Shown: positions 28,987-38,303, counted from the first letter of the stretch. The stretch is 64,000 bases of DNA from an uncultured Collinsella sp. (GCA_900540835.1 UQHN01000004.1:165-64164), one strand, 5' to 3'. Made by a program: numbers and translations. The notes: generated from the letters alone by a model not told the origin.

Positions 28987-29498
28987 TCCACGTGTATCAT
29001 GGCGACGGCAAAGGCAAGACCACGGCGGCGATGGGCCTCGCCCTTCGCATGCTCGCTGCAGGCCGCCGCGTCGTCGTCGTGCAGTTCCTGAAAGACGGCG
29101 AAAGCGGGGAGGTGCGCCTGCTCGCTGAGCATTTCGGCGTGCCCGTGTTCGCGGGGAAGGCGTCGGACAAGTTTACCTGGTCGATGACGTCGGAAGAACT
29201 TGCCGCGACGTGCGAGCTGCACGATGGGAACCTCGCTTCCGCGCTCGCCGAGCTCGAGGGCGCGCAAGAGGGACTGCTCGTGCTCGACGAGGCGCTCGAC
29301 GCGCTTTCGAAGGGGCTTGTCGACGAGGCGCTCGTGGACCGCGCGCTCGATATGTCCGCGCGCGGCGTCGAAGTAGCGCTCACCGGGCGCGCGCCTTCCC
29401 GCAAGATCGTGGAGAAGGCCGACTACATAACCGAGATGCGGTGCGAGAAACACCCCTACTCTCAGGGGATATGTGCAAGGGAAGGAGTGGAGTACTAG
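28983..29498 (+). CDS. cobO: Cob(I)yrinic acid a,c-diamide adenosyltransferase
   Basis: MIHVYHGDGKGKTTAAMGLALR P-loop, typical of the CobA/CobO/BtuR family. Confidence 0.85.
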   Translation: MIHVYHGDGKGKTTAAMGLALRMLAAGRRVVVVQFLKDGESGEVRLLAEHFGVPVFAGKASDKFTWSMTSEELAATCELHDGNLASALAELEGAQEGLLVLDEALDALSKGLVDEALVDRALDMSARGVEVALTGRAPSRKIVEKADYITEMRCEKHPYSQGICAREGVEY

Positions 29499-30140
29499 AT
29501 GGATTCCAAGGAGATGGCGCCCGGCGACATCGAGCGGCGCAGCTTCGAGATCATCACCGAAGAGCTCGGCGGCCGCACGTTCCTGCCGCTCGAAGAGCCC
29601 GTCGTGAAGCGCGTCATCCACACCACTGCCGACTTCTCGTACGCCGATTCTCTCGTGTTCACCCATGACGCCGCGCACTGTGCGCTCGACGCACTGCGCG
29701 CAGGGGCCACGGTGCTCACCGACACGAACATGGCGCTCGCAGGCATAAGCAAGCCCGCGCTCGCGAAGCTCGGCTGCAAGGCCGTGTGCTTCATGGCCGA
29801 CCCTGATGTCGCCGCGGCTGCGCGCGCCGCGGGCACGACTCGCGCCGTTGCGAGCATGGACAAAGCTTGCGGCATCGAGGGTCCGCTCATCGTGGCCGTC
29901 GGCAACGCTCCCACAGCACTTCTGCGCCTCGCCGAGCTCATGGACGTGGGGAAGATCGCGCCCGCGCTCGTCGTTGGGGTGCCGGTCGGGTTTGTGAACG
30001 TGGTCGAGGCGAAAGAGGAGCTACTCGCGCGACGCGTGCCGGCCATCGTCGCGAGGGGTCGCAAGGGCGGCTCGACCGTGGCGGCTGCCATTATGAACGC
30101 GCTGCTCTACCAGATCACGCGCCCAGGCGGCCCGAAGTGA
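29499..30140 (+). CDS. cbiC: Cobalt-precorrin-8 methylmutase
   Basis: VIHTTADFSYADSL motif of CbiC/CobH; RBS ggaaggag. Confidence 0.85.
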   Translation: MDSKEMAPGDIERRSFEIITEELGGRTFLPLEEPVVKRVIHTTADFSYADSLVFTHDAAHCALDALRAGATVLTDTNMALAGISKPALAKLGCKAVCFMADPDVAAAARAAGTTRAVASMDKACGIEGPLIVAVGNAPTALLRLAELMDVGKIAPALVVGVPVGFVNVVEAKEELLARRVPAIVARGRKGGSTVAAAIMNALLYQITRPGGPK

Positions 30141-30910
30141 CGGCGCCCGCATCCGCGCCGGCGCTGCGCATCTTCGCCGGCACCACCGAGGGCCGCCTTC
30201 TGTGCGAATGGGTGAGCGGGGCGGGCATCCCCGCCCGTGCCTACGCGGCAACCGAGTACGGAGGCGAGCTTTTGGGCGAGCTTCCGGGCATCGAGGTGCA
30301 TGCGGGCAGGCTCGACGAGGCCGACATGGAGTGCGAGCTTTCTGGCGCGCGCATCGTCGTCGACGCCACGCACCCCTTCGCTACGCTCGCAAGCGGCAAC
30401 ATCCGGGCCGCTTCGCTCGCCGTGGGTGCACAATGCCTGCGCCTTGCGCGCCCGGTCGAGGCGCTGCCCAAAGGCGTCGTCTCGGTCGCGTCGATCGCCT
30501 GCGCGGCGCGCTTTCTCTCCGAGAACCCGGGTCGCGCGCTTCTCACGACGGGGAGCAAGGAGCTTGCTCCCTACACGCGCGTCGCCGATTTCGCGGAGCG
30601 CTTCTTCGTGCGTGTGCTCCCGCTGCCCGGTGCTATAACGAAGTGCATCGACGCGGGGTTTTCGCCATCGCACGTCATCGGCATGCAGGGGCCCTTCACC
30701 CGCGAGCTCAACGAGGCGATGCTTCGGCAGGTGGGCGCCCAGTGGCTTGTGACCAAGGACTCGGGAACCGTAGGCGGCACGGCCGAGAAGATCGCCTCCG
30801 CGCGCGGCGTGGGAGCGCGCTGCATCGTGGTCGCCCGTCCCGCCGAGGGAGGCGGGGCCCTTTCGCTTCGGGAAGTGGAAGACGCGCTCTTACGGGAGTT
30901 CGCGCGCTAG
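30137..30910 (+). CDS. cbiJ: Cobalt-precorrin-6A reductase
   Basis: CbiJ/CobK-like (LRIFAGTTEGR ... IVVDATHPFA). GTG start overlaps the cbiC stop. Confidence 0.8.
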   Translation: MTAPASAPALRIFAGTTEGRLLCEWVSGAGIPARAYAATEYGGELLGELPGIEVHAGRLDEADMECELSGARIVVDATHPFATLASGNIRAASLAVGAQCLRLARPVEALPKGVVSVASIACAARFLSENPGRALLTTGSKELAPYTRVADFAERFFVRVLPLPGAITKCIDAGFSPSHVIGMQGPFTRELNEAMLRQVGAQWLVTKDSGTVGGTAEKIASARGVGARCIVVARPAEGGGALSLREVEDALLREFAR

Positions 30911-31039
30911 GCGCTCGCCGCGCCTGCGCGCCCTCTCGCCCGCGAGGAGGAGCGCCCCGAGCAAGCTCGACCCGTACAAGCCCGTCATCCATCAATAGCT
31001 CGAGGACGACGCCCAGAACTGGCGCAAACACCCTTCAAT

Positions 31040-31156
31040 AAGTTGCGGTGAAATAGTGTCTGTTTTAGCTGCTAGATAGCATATTCAGTCCCTGATTCAC
31101 CGCAACTTGTTGGTGGTGGCTTACTGGTAGCTGGTGGTGGCTTACTGGTAGCGTAG
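31040..31156. repeat. Inverted repeat plus a 21-nt tandem duplication in the convergent intergenic region
   Basis: Perfect 12-bp inverted repeat AGTTGCGGTGAA ... TTCACCGCAACT around a ~45 nt AT-rich spacer, followed by TGGTGGTGGCTTACTGGTAGC x2; the second copy overlaps the stop of the permease gene. Confidence 0.7.
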
Positions 31157-32356
31157 GCACTCCACCGGGTTGAGCTTTGCCGCGCGGCGAGCGGGGTAGA
31201 AGCCAAAGATTACGCCGATGCCGACGGAGACGCCGAAGGCCAGCAGCACCGTGGCGATTGAAAAGCTCGGTGTGATTTGCCCGCTGGCACCGAGCTCGCT
31301 GAGAACCCCTGATCCTGCAGCAAACATCGCAAGGCCCCAGGCCAGCAGATAGCCAATCAGGACACCCAGTAGGCCACCGGTGACGCACAGCGCCGAGGAC
31401 TCGGCCAAAAACTGCGCGGTGATATCGCGACGACTGGCGCCCAAGGCACGGCGAATACCGATCTCGCGGATGCGCTCAGTCACGTTGGTAAGCATCATAT
31501 TCATAATGCCGATTCCGCCGACAAGCAGTGAGATACTGGCGACAGCGCCCATGATGAGCGAGAAGGCGCCCATAAACGAGTTGAGCGCATCGATGGCGCT
31601 TTTCATGGAGGTCGCCGATACGCTGTCGTACTCATCATCCTCCGAGATGCCCTTCATCGCGCGCACCTTAGACTCGATGGTCTTGCAGAGCTCGTCCATG
31701 TCCGTGCCCTCGGCAGCAAGTGCCGTCACGCTGGGGAATGAAGGATTCTCGTCGCCAAACAGGCCGGAGATGGTTTCGCGTGGCATATACAACGTGAGCG
31801 AGCCCATGGAGTCGCTGCCGCCATCAATCACGCCTACAATCTGCACCTCGCCGTTGGACACCTTGATGGTTTTCCCCAGTGCGTCCTGTTCGTTGCCGTA
31901 AAGCTGATCGGCGCCGCCACGGCTGATGAGCGCCACGCGCGAGCCTGATTGAGACTCGGCCTGTGAATAGACACGTCCCGCAACGAGCTTGCTGGCACCC
32001 ACGGCGTCGAGCATGTCGCTGTCGACACCCTGTGCCATGACGGTATAGCTTTTATCGCCGGTCTTATACTCGGTATACGCGCTGTCGACAATGCCGATCT
32101 GCTCTATCTGCGGCACCAGTTTTTGAAGCTTCTGGACGTCAGAATCAGTGAGTTCTTGGGACGAATAGATCTGCACCATGCGGGCTGCATTGAGCCCCAG
32201 GCTGTTGACCAGGCTGTTTTGGATGCCGCCGATGAGCGAAGTCATGGCGATGACCGATGCGATGCCAATGACGATGCCCAGGATGGTGAGCAGGCTGCGC
32301 CCCTTGTTGGCCTCGAGCGAGTGAAGTGCTTCCTGGATGAGATCGCGGGCGCTCAT
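31142..32356 (-). CDS. MacB/FtsX-family ABC efflux permease
   Basis: N-terminal TM helix (LLTILGIVIGIASVIAM), a large extracytoplasmic domain and a C-terminal FtsX-like 3-TM bundle. Confidence 0.8.
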   Translation of the reverse strand: MSARDLIQEALHSLEANKGRSLLTILGIVIGIASVIAMTSLIGGIQNSLVNSLGLNAARMVQIYSSQELTDSDVQKLQKLVPQIEQIGIVDSAYTEYKTGDKSYTVMAQGVDSDMLDAVGASKLVAGRVYSQAESQSGSRVALISRGGADQLYGNEQDALGKTIKVSNGEVQIVGVIDGGSDSMGSLTLYMPRETISGLFGDENPSFPSVTALAAEGTDMDELCKTIESKVRAMKGISEDDEYDSVSATSMKSAIDALNSFMGAFSLIMGAVASISLLVGGIGIMNMMLTNVTERIREIGIRRALGASRRDITAQFLAESSALCVTGGLLGVLIGYLLAWGLAMFAAGSGVLSELGASGQITPSFSIATVLLAFGVSVGIGVIFGFYPARRAAKLNPVECLRYQ

Positions 32357-33126
32357 GCCACCACTCCTTTCGGCGGGTTGGCGGAGGCGGAAATCATGGG
32401 CAGGCTATCTACGGCGCTGCGCAGGGTCCGCGGTGTATGTGGAATATACGCGCCGTCGTGTATACGACCGTCGCGGATGGTCACGGCACGGTCGGCCTCG
32501 GCGGCGATGCCGGGGTCGTGCGTGATGAGTATGATGGTCTTGCCGCGCTCCTGGAGCTTATGGAAGGTTTCCATGACGAGCGCTCCAGTGGCGGAGTCCA
32601 GGTTTCCCGTCGGCTCGTCAGCCAAAATGATAGGCGGATCGTTGACGAGGGCACGTGCGATGGCGACACGCTGCATCTGGCCGCCCGAGAGCTCGGATAT
32701 GCGGTGGTCCCAGTGGTCGACGGGCAGCGTGACGGCCTGCAGCGCGTGCACGGCGCGCATTTCGCGCTGGCTACAGGGTACGTTGGTGTAGGCCAGCGGC
32801 AGCATGACGTTTTCGATAACCGACAGGCGCGGCAGCAGGTTGAAGCTCTGAAAGACAAAGCCGATGCTCAGGGCGCGGACTTCGGTGAGCTCGTCATCAT
32901 CGAGCTCGGCCACGTTGAGCCCTTGCAGGTAGTAGTCGCCCGCCGTCGGCTTATCCAGGCAACCTAGGATGTTCATGAGCGTTGATTTGCCCGAGCCCGA
33001 GGGGCCGGTAATGGCGACGAACTCGCCGGGATCTACCGCCAGGCTCACGTTGTGCAAGATGTGGGCGCAACCCGCTTCGCTCTCAAAGATGCGGTGCACG
33101 TTGCGGATGTCGATGACGGGACGCAT
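32353..33126 (-). CDS. MacB-type ABC transporter ATP-binding protein
   Basis: Walker A GPSGSGKSTLMNILG, signature LSGGQMQRVAIARAL, Walker B ILADEPTGNLD. Confidence 0.9.
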   Translation of the reverse strand: MRPVIDIRNVHRIFESEAGCAHILHNVSLAVDPGEFVAITGPSGSGKSTLMNILGCLDKPTAGDYYLQGLNVAELDDDELTEVRALSIGFVFQSFNLLPRLSVIENVMLPLAYTNVPCSQREMRAVHALQAVTLPVDHWDHRISELSGGQMQRVAIARALVNDPPIILADEPTGNLDSATGALVMETFHKLQERGKTIILITHDPGIAAEADRAVTIRDGRIHDGAYIPHTPRTLRSAVDSLPMISASANPPKGVVA

Positions 33127-34553
33127 TACATACCCTCGTCGGCAGACATGCTGCCCGAATCCGCGCTGTAGCCGCCGTCAGCCGTTGCGCCCGCTCCGGT
33201 GTCCATGACGAGGGTGTCGCCATCGCGCAGCTTGGTAACCGGCACGTTAGGGTTGATCTCGTTGCCCTGTTCATCGTGCTTGACCTGTGTCTTGCCGACC
33301 ACGGCTTCGTCATCGTTTTGTGTCACGACGGTCACCTTCACGCGACGGGTTTGCTTGCCCTCGTCATCGGTTGCCACGTTGACGTAATAGTGTTCGCCGT
33401 CTTCGGTCATGAGCGCCATCGTCGGCACCATCACCACGTCGTCGAGCTGCTCGGTCACCACCGATACCTCGGCAGTCATGCCAGGCTTAAGGCGAGCGTC
33501 GGGCGCTTCGATGAGGATGTCGACGTTAAAGGTTGCGCTCCCGCCGCCACCGTTGGCGGTGTCGGAGTTTGCCACCGAGGCGATAGCCGTGACGGTGCCT
33601 TGGCTCACAATATCGGGAAACGCGGGATAGGTCACGTTGGCGCTCTGGCCCACGGCGATCTTGGCGATATCCTTTTCGCCCACCTGAACCGTTACCTTCA
33701 TCTTGGAGAGGTCGGCGATTTGCATGCACTGCTTGCCGCCGCTCGTGTCGCCTTCGCCCATGATCGTGCCTCCGGTCACCGTGGCACCGACTTTGGCGTT
33801 GAGCTCGACGATGTTGCCCGAGCTGGGGGCCTTTACGGTGCGCTCGGCCGCCTTTGCAGTTGCCTGCTCCAGCGTTGCCTGGGCCGAGGCGAGGTTGCGC
33901 TGGGCGGTCGAGACGGCATTTGCGTTGGTGCTTGCGTCCGATGGGCCGGTCGATCCGTCACCGTCCGTTGCCGGTGCGGCCTGTGCGGCCGCGAGCGTCG
34001 CCTCTGCATTGTTCAGGTCTTCCTGGGCGGCCGCGACCGCGCGCTGCGCCTCGGAAACAGCGTTATCGAGCGCGTCGTTCTTAATAGTCATGAGCACGTC
34101 GCCCTCGTTGACGCTCTGTCCGGCCTGCACGTTGATCTGCGCCACCGTACCATCGACGGAAGGGGAGACGACCGAGGCTGAAATAGGCTTGAGCTGTCCC
34201 TTGGCTTCGACTGTGGTGGTAAACGTGCCTTCGGTGACCATGTCGGTCACCGGTCCGTTGGTGCCTGCGGGTTGCGCGTTGATGACCAGCGTTGCGATGA
34301 TGGCAATGAGCGCGATGGCAACAACGACACCGACGGCGATACCGCGTCGGATGAGCTTTTTGCGCCGACGCTCGGCACGCTTTGCCTTGAGCTTTGCATA
34401 GGCTTCTTCATCGGAAATCTCGGCGGTATCGTTCGTGCGTCCGCTCTGCTTTTCGGCATGTACGTTTGTAATCAAAGGAATCGTTTCGGTGGCACCTTCG
34501 GGCGTGTACTCGGCATCATCCGGGCCTGGGGTGATGGTGGGGACATTCGGCAT
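33126..34553 (-). CDS. HlyD/MacA-family periplasmic adaptor (membrane fusion protein)
   Basis: Basic cytoplasmic N-terminus, one TM helix, a lipoyl-like hairpin region, coiled-coil Ala-rich repeats and a beta-barrel C-domain. Confidence 0.75.
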   Translation of the reverse strand: MPNVPTITPGPDDAEYTPEGATETIPLITNVHAEKQSGRTNDTAEISDEEAYAKLKAKRAERRRKKLIRRGIAVGVVVAIALIAIIATLVINAQPAGTNGPVTDMVTEGTFTTTVEAKGQLKPISASVVSPSVDGTVAQINVQAGQSVNEGDVLMTIKNDALDNAVSEAQRAVAAAQEDLNNAEATLAAAQAAPATDGDGSTGPSDASTNANAVSTAQRNLASAQATLEQATAKAAERTVKAPSSGNIVELNAKVGATVTGGTIMGEGDTSGGKQCMQIADLSKMKVTVQVGEKDIAKIAVGQSANVTYPAFPDIVSQGTVTAIASVANSDTANGGGGSATFNVDILIEAPDARLKPGMTAEVSVVTEQLDDVVMVPTMALMTEDGEHYYVNVATDDEGKQTRRVKVTVVTQNDDEAVVGKTQVKHDEQGNEINPNVPVTKLRDGDTLVMDTGAGATADGGYSADSGSMSADEGM

Positions 34554-34577
34554 AGCGTCTCCTTTATAGAAAGTTCC

Positions 34578-34618
34578 TCAATAAGTATATGCGCCCGTCG
34601 CGTAAGGCGGGCGCATAT
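34578..34618 (-). terminator. Hairpin downstream of the L,D-transpeptidase gene
   Basis: Perfect stem ATATGCGCCCG-tcgcgtaa-CGGGCGCATAT with a short U-tract on the minus transcript. Confidence 0.45.
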
Positions 34619-34685
34619 GGCGGATTCTTTCGGAACTGTTAGATTGGTCGCAGCGGCTCCACGTTGTGGGAATGCGCGCGTTGCA

Positions 34686-36410
34686 CTACGAGTGGACAAC
34701 CACGCACAGGCCGACTTTGATGCAGTCGTGAAGTGCCTTTGCATCGGCCAGGCGCAGGTTGATGCAACCGTGGCTGCCGCACCACTTGTACGACTCGGCA
34801 TTATCGAAGCTCTTGTCGTTTTGCCAGGTGGCGTCGTGGAATCCGACCATATTGCCCTCGAACGGCATCCAATAGCTGACCGGGCTCTCGTATTTGGGCT
34901 TGCCGGTCTCGGGGTCCTTGGCACCGATAAGCTTGCTGGCGCCATTGTTGCTGTTGATCTGCCATACGCCCTCGGGGGTGGCGTCCTCTCCCGGCTTGCC
35001 AGAAATAAAGTTGGCCTCCCAAACGATATTACCGTTCTCGTCATAGTAGCGCGCGTGCTGCTCGGACAGATCGACGTCGATATACGCCTTCCAGTCGGGC
35101 TCTCCCTTTGCGGTAAAGGTGTCGGCCTTCTGGGAGTACTTGATCTCGATTTCGCCGGTCTGCTTGTTGTTAATGGCGTCCTCGACCTGCTTGGCGAGCG
35201 AGCTGCTGTCGATGGACCAACCAAAGTCACCGCCTTCGACGGCACACTGCTTGCCATCGGCGCGCGTCCACCAGCGAGTGGAGCCCACGGTATTAAAGCC
35301 GTTGGCGAGCTCGGCTGCCCAACTGCTGATCTGCGACGTATCGAGCGTGGGGTTGGCCGGATCGGCAAAGCTGATCCACTGCAATACGGAGCTGCCATCA
35401 ACCTTGCCGGCATCCTCGCCGTTGAGCTTGAGGGTCACGTTGACGCCCAAGAAGTTGTTGGCGGCATCGCATGCGGCCTGAATCTGATCATCGGTCAGCG
35501 TTCCATTGAGCGGCTCATAGGCATCGTTGCCGAGCTTGGAAAGATCTACGGTCTCGGCCAGCGAGGCAAGCTCGAGCTCGGCATACTTAATGACATGCTC
35601 GCGGTTGAGTTTTTCGTTGGAGCGCGCCTTCTCGACGGTAAACTTGCCGGCCTGCTCGTCATAGGAGCTATTGGCCTCGAACGCGCCCGAACGCCCCTCG
35701 TTAAACTCGTCGATGGCGGCGCCCAGATCCTTCTCAAACTGCTTTTGGTCAAAGGTGTCGGAGAGCATGGACAGGTCGACGTCTTGATCAAGATCGACTT
35801 CGTTGGAGCTAGCGGTTGTTTTGGTCTTGCCGCTTAAGGATTCTACAAGGCGAACCGGCCATACAATGGCTTCGTTGCGGCTGATAATCTCTTTTGCGGC
35901 AGCTTCGCCGTCGACAATGGGCTCATCGGACTCGGGCTGATAGGTCCAGCTAAAATCATCGCCTGTCACGGTGAGCTTATAGTGCTTCCAAGCCGAGTTG
36001 ACCTTGGTGGCGGCAGACGAAGCGTTGGAGAACGAGACATCGACGCCGGCGATAGTGGTGTTGGGGTAGGCTACCTGCGAAAACGCTACAACGCCTACGA
36101 TATAGACAATGACGATAAGACCCAGAACGACAAAGAGCGTCGTCTTTTTGCCCGACTTATTGTTCTCGGCGGGTTTGCGTGCGGGGCCGCGATCGCCTCG
36201 AGCGTGCGTGGGGGGCTGCTTGGGCGCATTGCCATTTGCCTGGCGCTGCTGATGCTGCTTGTTCGGACGTTGGGAAACGTTTGCCGCACCTCGCTGCTGA
36301 CCGCGTCTCGGCGCGATAGGACGCGGCGACTGAACGCCGCCGGTGTGCCTGCTCGGCTGCTGCGGATCGGGAATCAGTTGAGTTCGATCGTTTTGCGACA
36401 TCGTATGCAT
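34686..36410 (-). CDS. L,D-transpeptidase (YkuD/ErfK family) with a basic Gln/Pro-rich cytoplasmic tail and TM anchor
   Basis: C-terminal catalytic motif HDATWQ...GSHGCINL, a PG-binding-like middle region and an N-terminal low-complexity basic region followed by TM helix LFVVLGLIVIVYIVGVVAF. Confidence 0.8.
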   Translation of the reverse strand: MHTMSQNDRTQLIPDPQQPSRHTGGVQSPRPIAPRRGQQRGAANVSQRPNKQHQQRQANGNAPKQPPTHARGDRGPARKPAENNKSGKKTTLFVVLGLIVIVYIVGVVAFSQVAYPNTTIAGVDVSFSNASSAATKVNSAWKHYKLTVTGDDFSWTYQPESDEPIVDGEAAAKEIISRNEAIVWPVRLVESLSGKTKTTASSNEVDLDQDVDLSMLSDTFDQKQFEKDLGAAIDEFNEGRSGAFEANSSYDEQAGKFTVEKARSNEKLNREHVIKYAELELASLAETVDLSKLGNDAYEPLNGTLTDDQIQAACDAANNFLGVNVTLKLNGEDAGKVDGSSVLQWISFADPANPTLDTSQISSWAAELANGFNTVGSTRWWTRADGKQCAVEGGDFGWSIDSSSLAKQVEDAINNKQTGEIEIKYSQKADTFTAKGEPDWKAYIDVDLSEQHARYYDENGNIVWEANFISGKPGEDATPEGVWQINSNNGASKLIGAKDPETGKPKYESPVSYWMPFEGNMVGFHDATWQNDKSFDNAESYKWCGSHGCINLRLADAKALHDCIKVGLCVVVHS

Positions 36411-36502
36411 ATCCTTCGGATTTCGCCTTGCGGCTCATCGTGTTTTTACTGGGCTTGCATTATAGCGATTACCCAGTTGTTTGTGGTATGGAAACGGTGG
36501 CA

Positions 36503-36532
36503 TTCAAAAGAGGTGGGACATTTGTCCCACCT
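36503..36532 (-). terminator. Rho-independent terminator after sdaA
   Basis: Perfect 10-bp stem AGGTGGGACA/TGTCCCACCT followed by a U-tract on the minus strand. Confidence 0.6.
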
Positions 36533-36550
36533 TCGAGTCTTTCTTTGTCG

Positions 36551-38158
36551 CTATCCGCACTCACCGCATTTTGCACAGGCCGAAAGTGCGGCCGGAGCCT
36601 GCGCGATGCCACCCTTTGCCGTCTCGCGCAGCGTGGCCGGCAACGCGTGGCCCACGGAGAGCATGACGTGCGCCATCTGGTCAAACGGCACCAGGCTCTT
36701 GATACCGGCAAGTGCAAGCTGCGCCGAGCTAAATGCCGCGGCCACGCCGATGGCATTGCGGTTTTGGCACGGCACCTCCACGAGGCCGCCCACCGGGTCG
36801 CAGACCAGGCCCAGCAGGTTGCTCAGGGCGATGGAGCTGGCGTCGAGTGCCTGCTCAGGCGTGCCTCCGAGCATCTGCACCAGCGCGGCGGCGGCCATGG
36901 CGGCCGCGCTTCCCACCTCGGCTTGGCATCCGCCCTCGGCGCCGGCGACGCAGGCGCTCGTGGTGAGGTTGAGGCCGATGGCGGCGGCGCAGTAGAGGGC
37001 GTCCATGACTTGCTCATCGTCCAGTTGCAGATGGTCGGCGAGCGCCAGCACGCAGCCGGGCACGACGCCTGCGGAGCCGGCCGTGGGGGCGGCGACGATC
37101 ACTCCCATTGTGGCGGAGCGCTCAAGGACGGCCATGGCGCGGGCCACGGCATCGGTCTGGACGGCGCCCATCAGGCTTACGCTCAAGTCGTTGCGGCCGG
37201 TGGCATCAACGAGCTTGGCCTCGCCGCCGATAAGCCCGCCGAGCGAGCGCTGAGGATTGGCGATGGGGGCCGTGGTCTCCTCGCGCATGACGTCGAGCAC
37301 GCGGCGCATGGCGGCGACGGCGTGGGCCTCGCCGGTCAGGCGCGCCTCGCGAACGGCCATGACGGCGCCGATGTTGAGGCCGAGTTCGGCGCAGGCGTCG
37401 AGCAACTGTGCACCATCGTCAAAGATTTCCTTGGCCGAAACGCCGGGGGAGAGCGACGAGGCCGAGCCCGGGAGCTCGATAAAGGTGGCGTAGTTTACAT
37501 TGTCGAGCTTGCGCAGCATGGGGATGACGGTGTCGTCGGGGGCGCCATCGGTTTCAAAGACGGAGTATGCCTGGCCGCCCACCTCGGTGCGGTAGGTGCG
37601 GCAGAAAGCGATGTTTACATGTGCGTAGGCGAGCAGGTTCGTGAGCGCGGCGAGCACACCGGGGACGTCCTGGTGGGCCACGAAGAGCGTGGAATACATG
37701 CCCGAGATATCGACGCCGACGCCGTTGATGCGGCTGATGCGCATCTTGCCGCCGCCGAGGCTCTCGCCGCGGACCTGCGCCGTGGCGCCCGTATCGTCGG
37801 CCATGTCGATGTCGACGGTGTTGGGATGGATGGAGGCGTCGTCGCCCTTAATTTCAAAGTGGTAGTCGAGGCCCTGCTCGCGTGCGAGGTCGAAGGCCTG
37901 CTTGATGTTCTCGTCATCGGTGTCGAGGCCCAGAATGCCCGCGACGAGAGCGCGGTCGGTGCCGTGGCCGCGGTAGGTGTGGGCGAAGGAGTTCCACAGG
38001 CCAAAGGTGACTTTGGTGATGCGGCCTTCCAGCAGGCTGGCGGCAACTTGTGCGCAGCGCAGGGCGCCGGCGGTGTGCGATGAGCTGGGGCCGACCATGA
38101 TGGGGCCCAAGATCTCGAATGCCGAGGTCGTAGCTAGTGTTTGTGGCTTGCCTGCCAT
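36551..38158 (-). CDS. sdaA: L-serine dehydratase, iron-sulfur dependent, single-chain (beta-alpha fused)
   Basis: The beta region begins FEILGPIMVGPSSSHTAG; the alpha region has a cysteine-ligand C-terminus. Start was mapped to internal ATG 38158; the ORF track opens at 38242. Confidence 0.85.
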   Translation of the reverse strand: MAGKPQTLATTSAFEILGPIMVGPSSSHTAGALRCAQVAASLLEGRITKVTFGLWNSFAHTYRGHGTDRALVAGILGLDTDDENIKQAFDLAREQGLDYHFEIKGDDASIHPNTVDIDMADDTGATAQVRGESLGGGKMRISRINGVGVDISGMYSTLFVAHQDVPGVLAALTNLLAYAHVNIAFCRTYRTEVGGQAYSVFETDGAPDDTVIPMLRKLDNVNYATFIELPGSASSLSPGVSAKEIFDDGAQLLDACAELGLNIGAVMAVREARLTGEAHAVAAMRRVLDVMREETTAPIANPQRSLGGLIGGEAKLVDATGRNDLSVSLMGAVQTDAVARAMAVLERSATMGVIVAAPTAGSAGVVPGCVLALADHLQLDDEQVMDALYCAAAIGLNLTTSACVAGAEGGCQAEVGSAAAMAAAALVQMLGGTPEQALDASSIALSNLLGLVCDPVGGLVEVPCQNRNAIGVAAAFSSAQLALAGIKSLVPFDQMAHVMLSVGHALPATLRETAKGGIAQAPAALSACAKCGECG

Positions 38159-38181
38159 ATGCGCTCCTGTTCTATCCCGTC

Positions 38182-38303
38182 GTCCCGAGGGGCGGGGCAT
38201 AAGGTCGCCTGCTCGGACAGTCCTGACTCGCACGGAGAGCACATTAAGTGCTCTCCGGCTCGTGCGGAACTCGCGATCGACCTTATGCCCCGCCCCTCGG
38301 GAC
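38182..38303. repeat. Structured intergenic element, family 1 copy 1: 26-bp perfect outer stem enclosing a conserved ~55-nt core
   Basis: GTCCCGAGGGGCGGGGCATAAGGTCG ... CGACCTTATGCCCCGCCCCTCGGGAC flank the core CTCGCACGGAGAGCACATTAAGTGCTCTCCGGCTCGTGCGGAACT. A second copy lies at 44657-44790. Confidence 0.8.

Noticed and set aside
36428-38083. 551-aa ORF antisense to sdaA, and 57108-58943 / 58915-61083 ORFs antisense to glgP/glgB
   Set aside because: Same reasoning: the true genes on the other strand have catalytic motifs. These frames are Gly/Ala/Val/Asp-rich artefacts of high GC.
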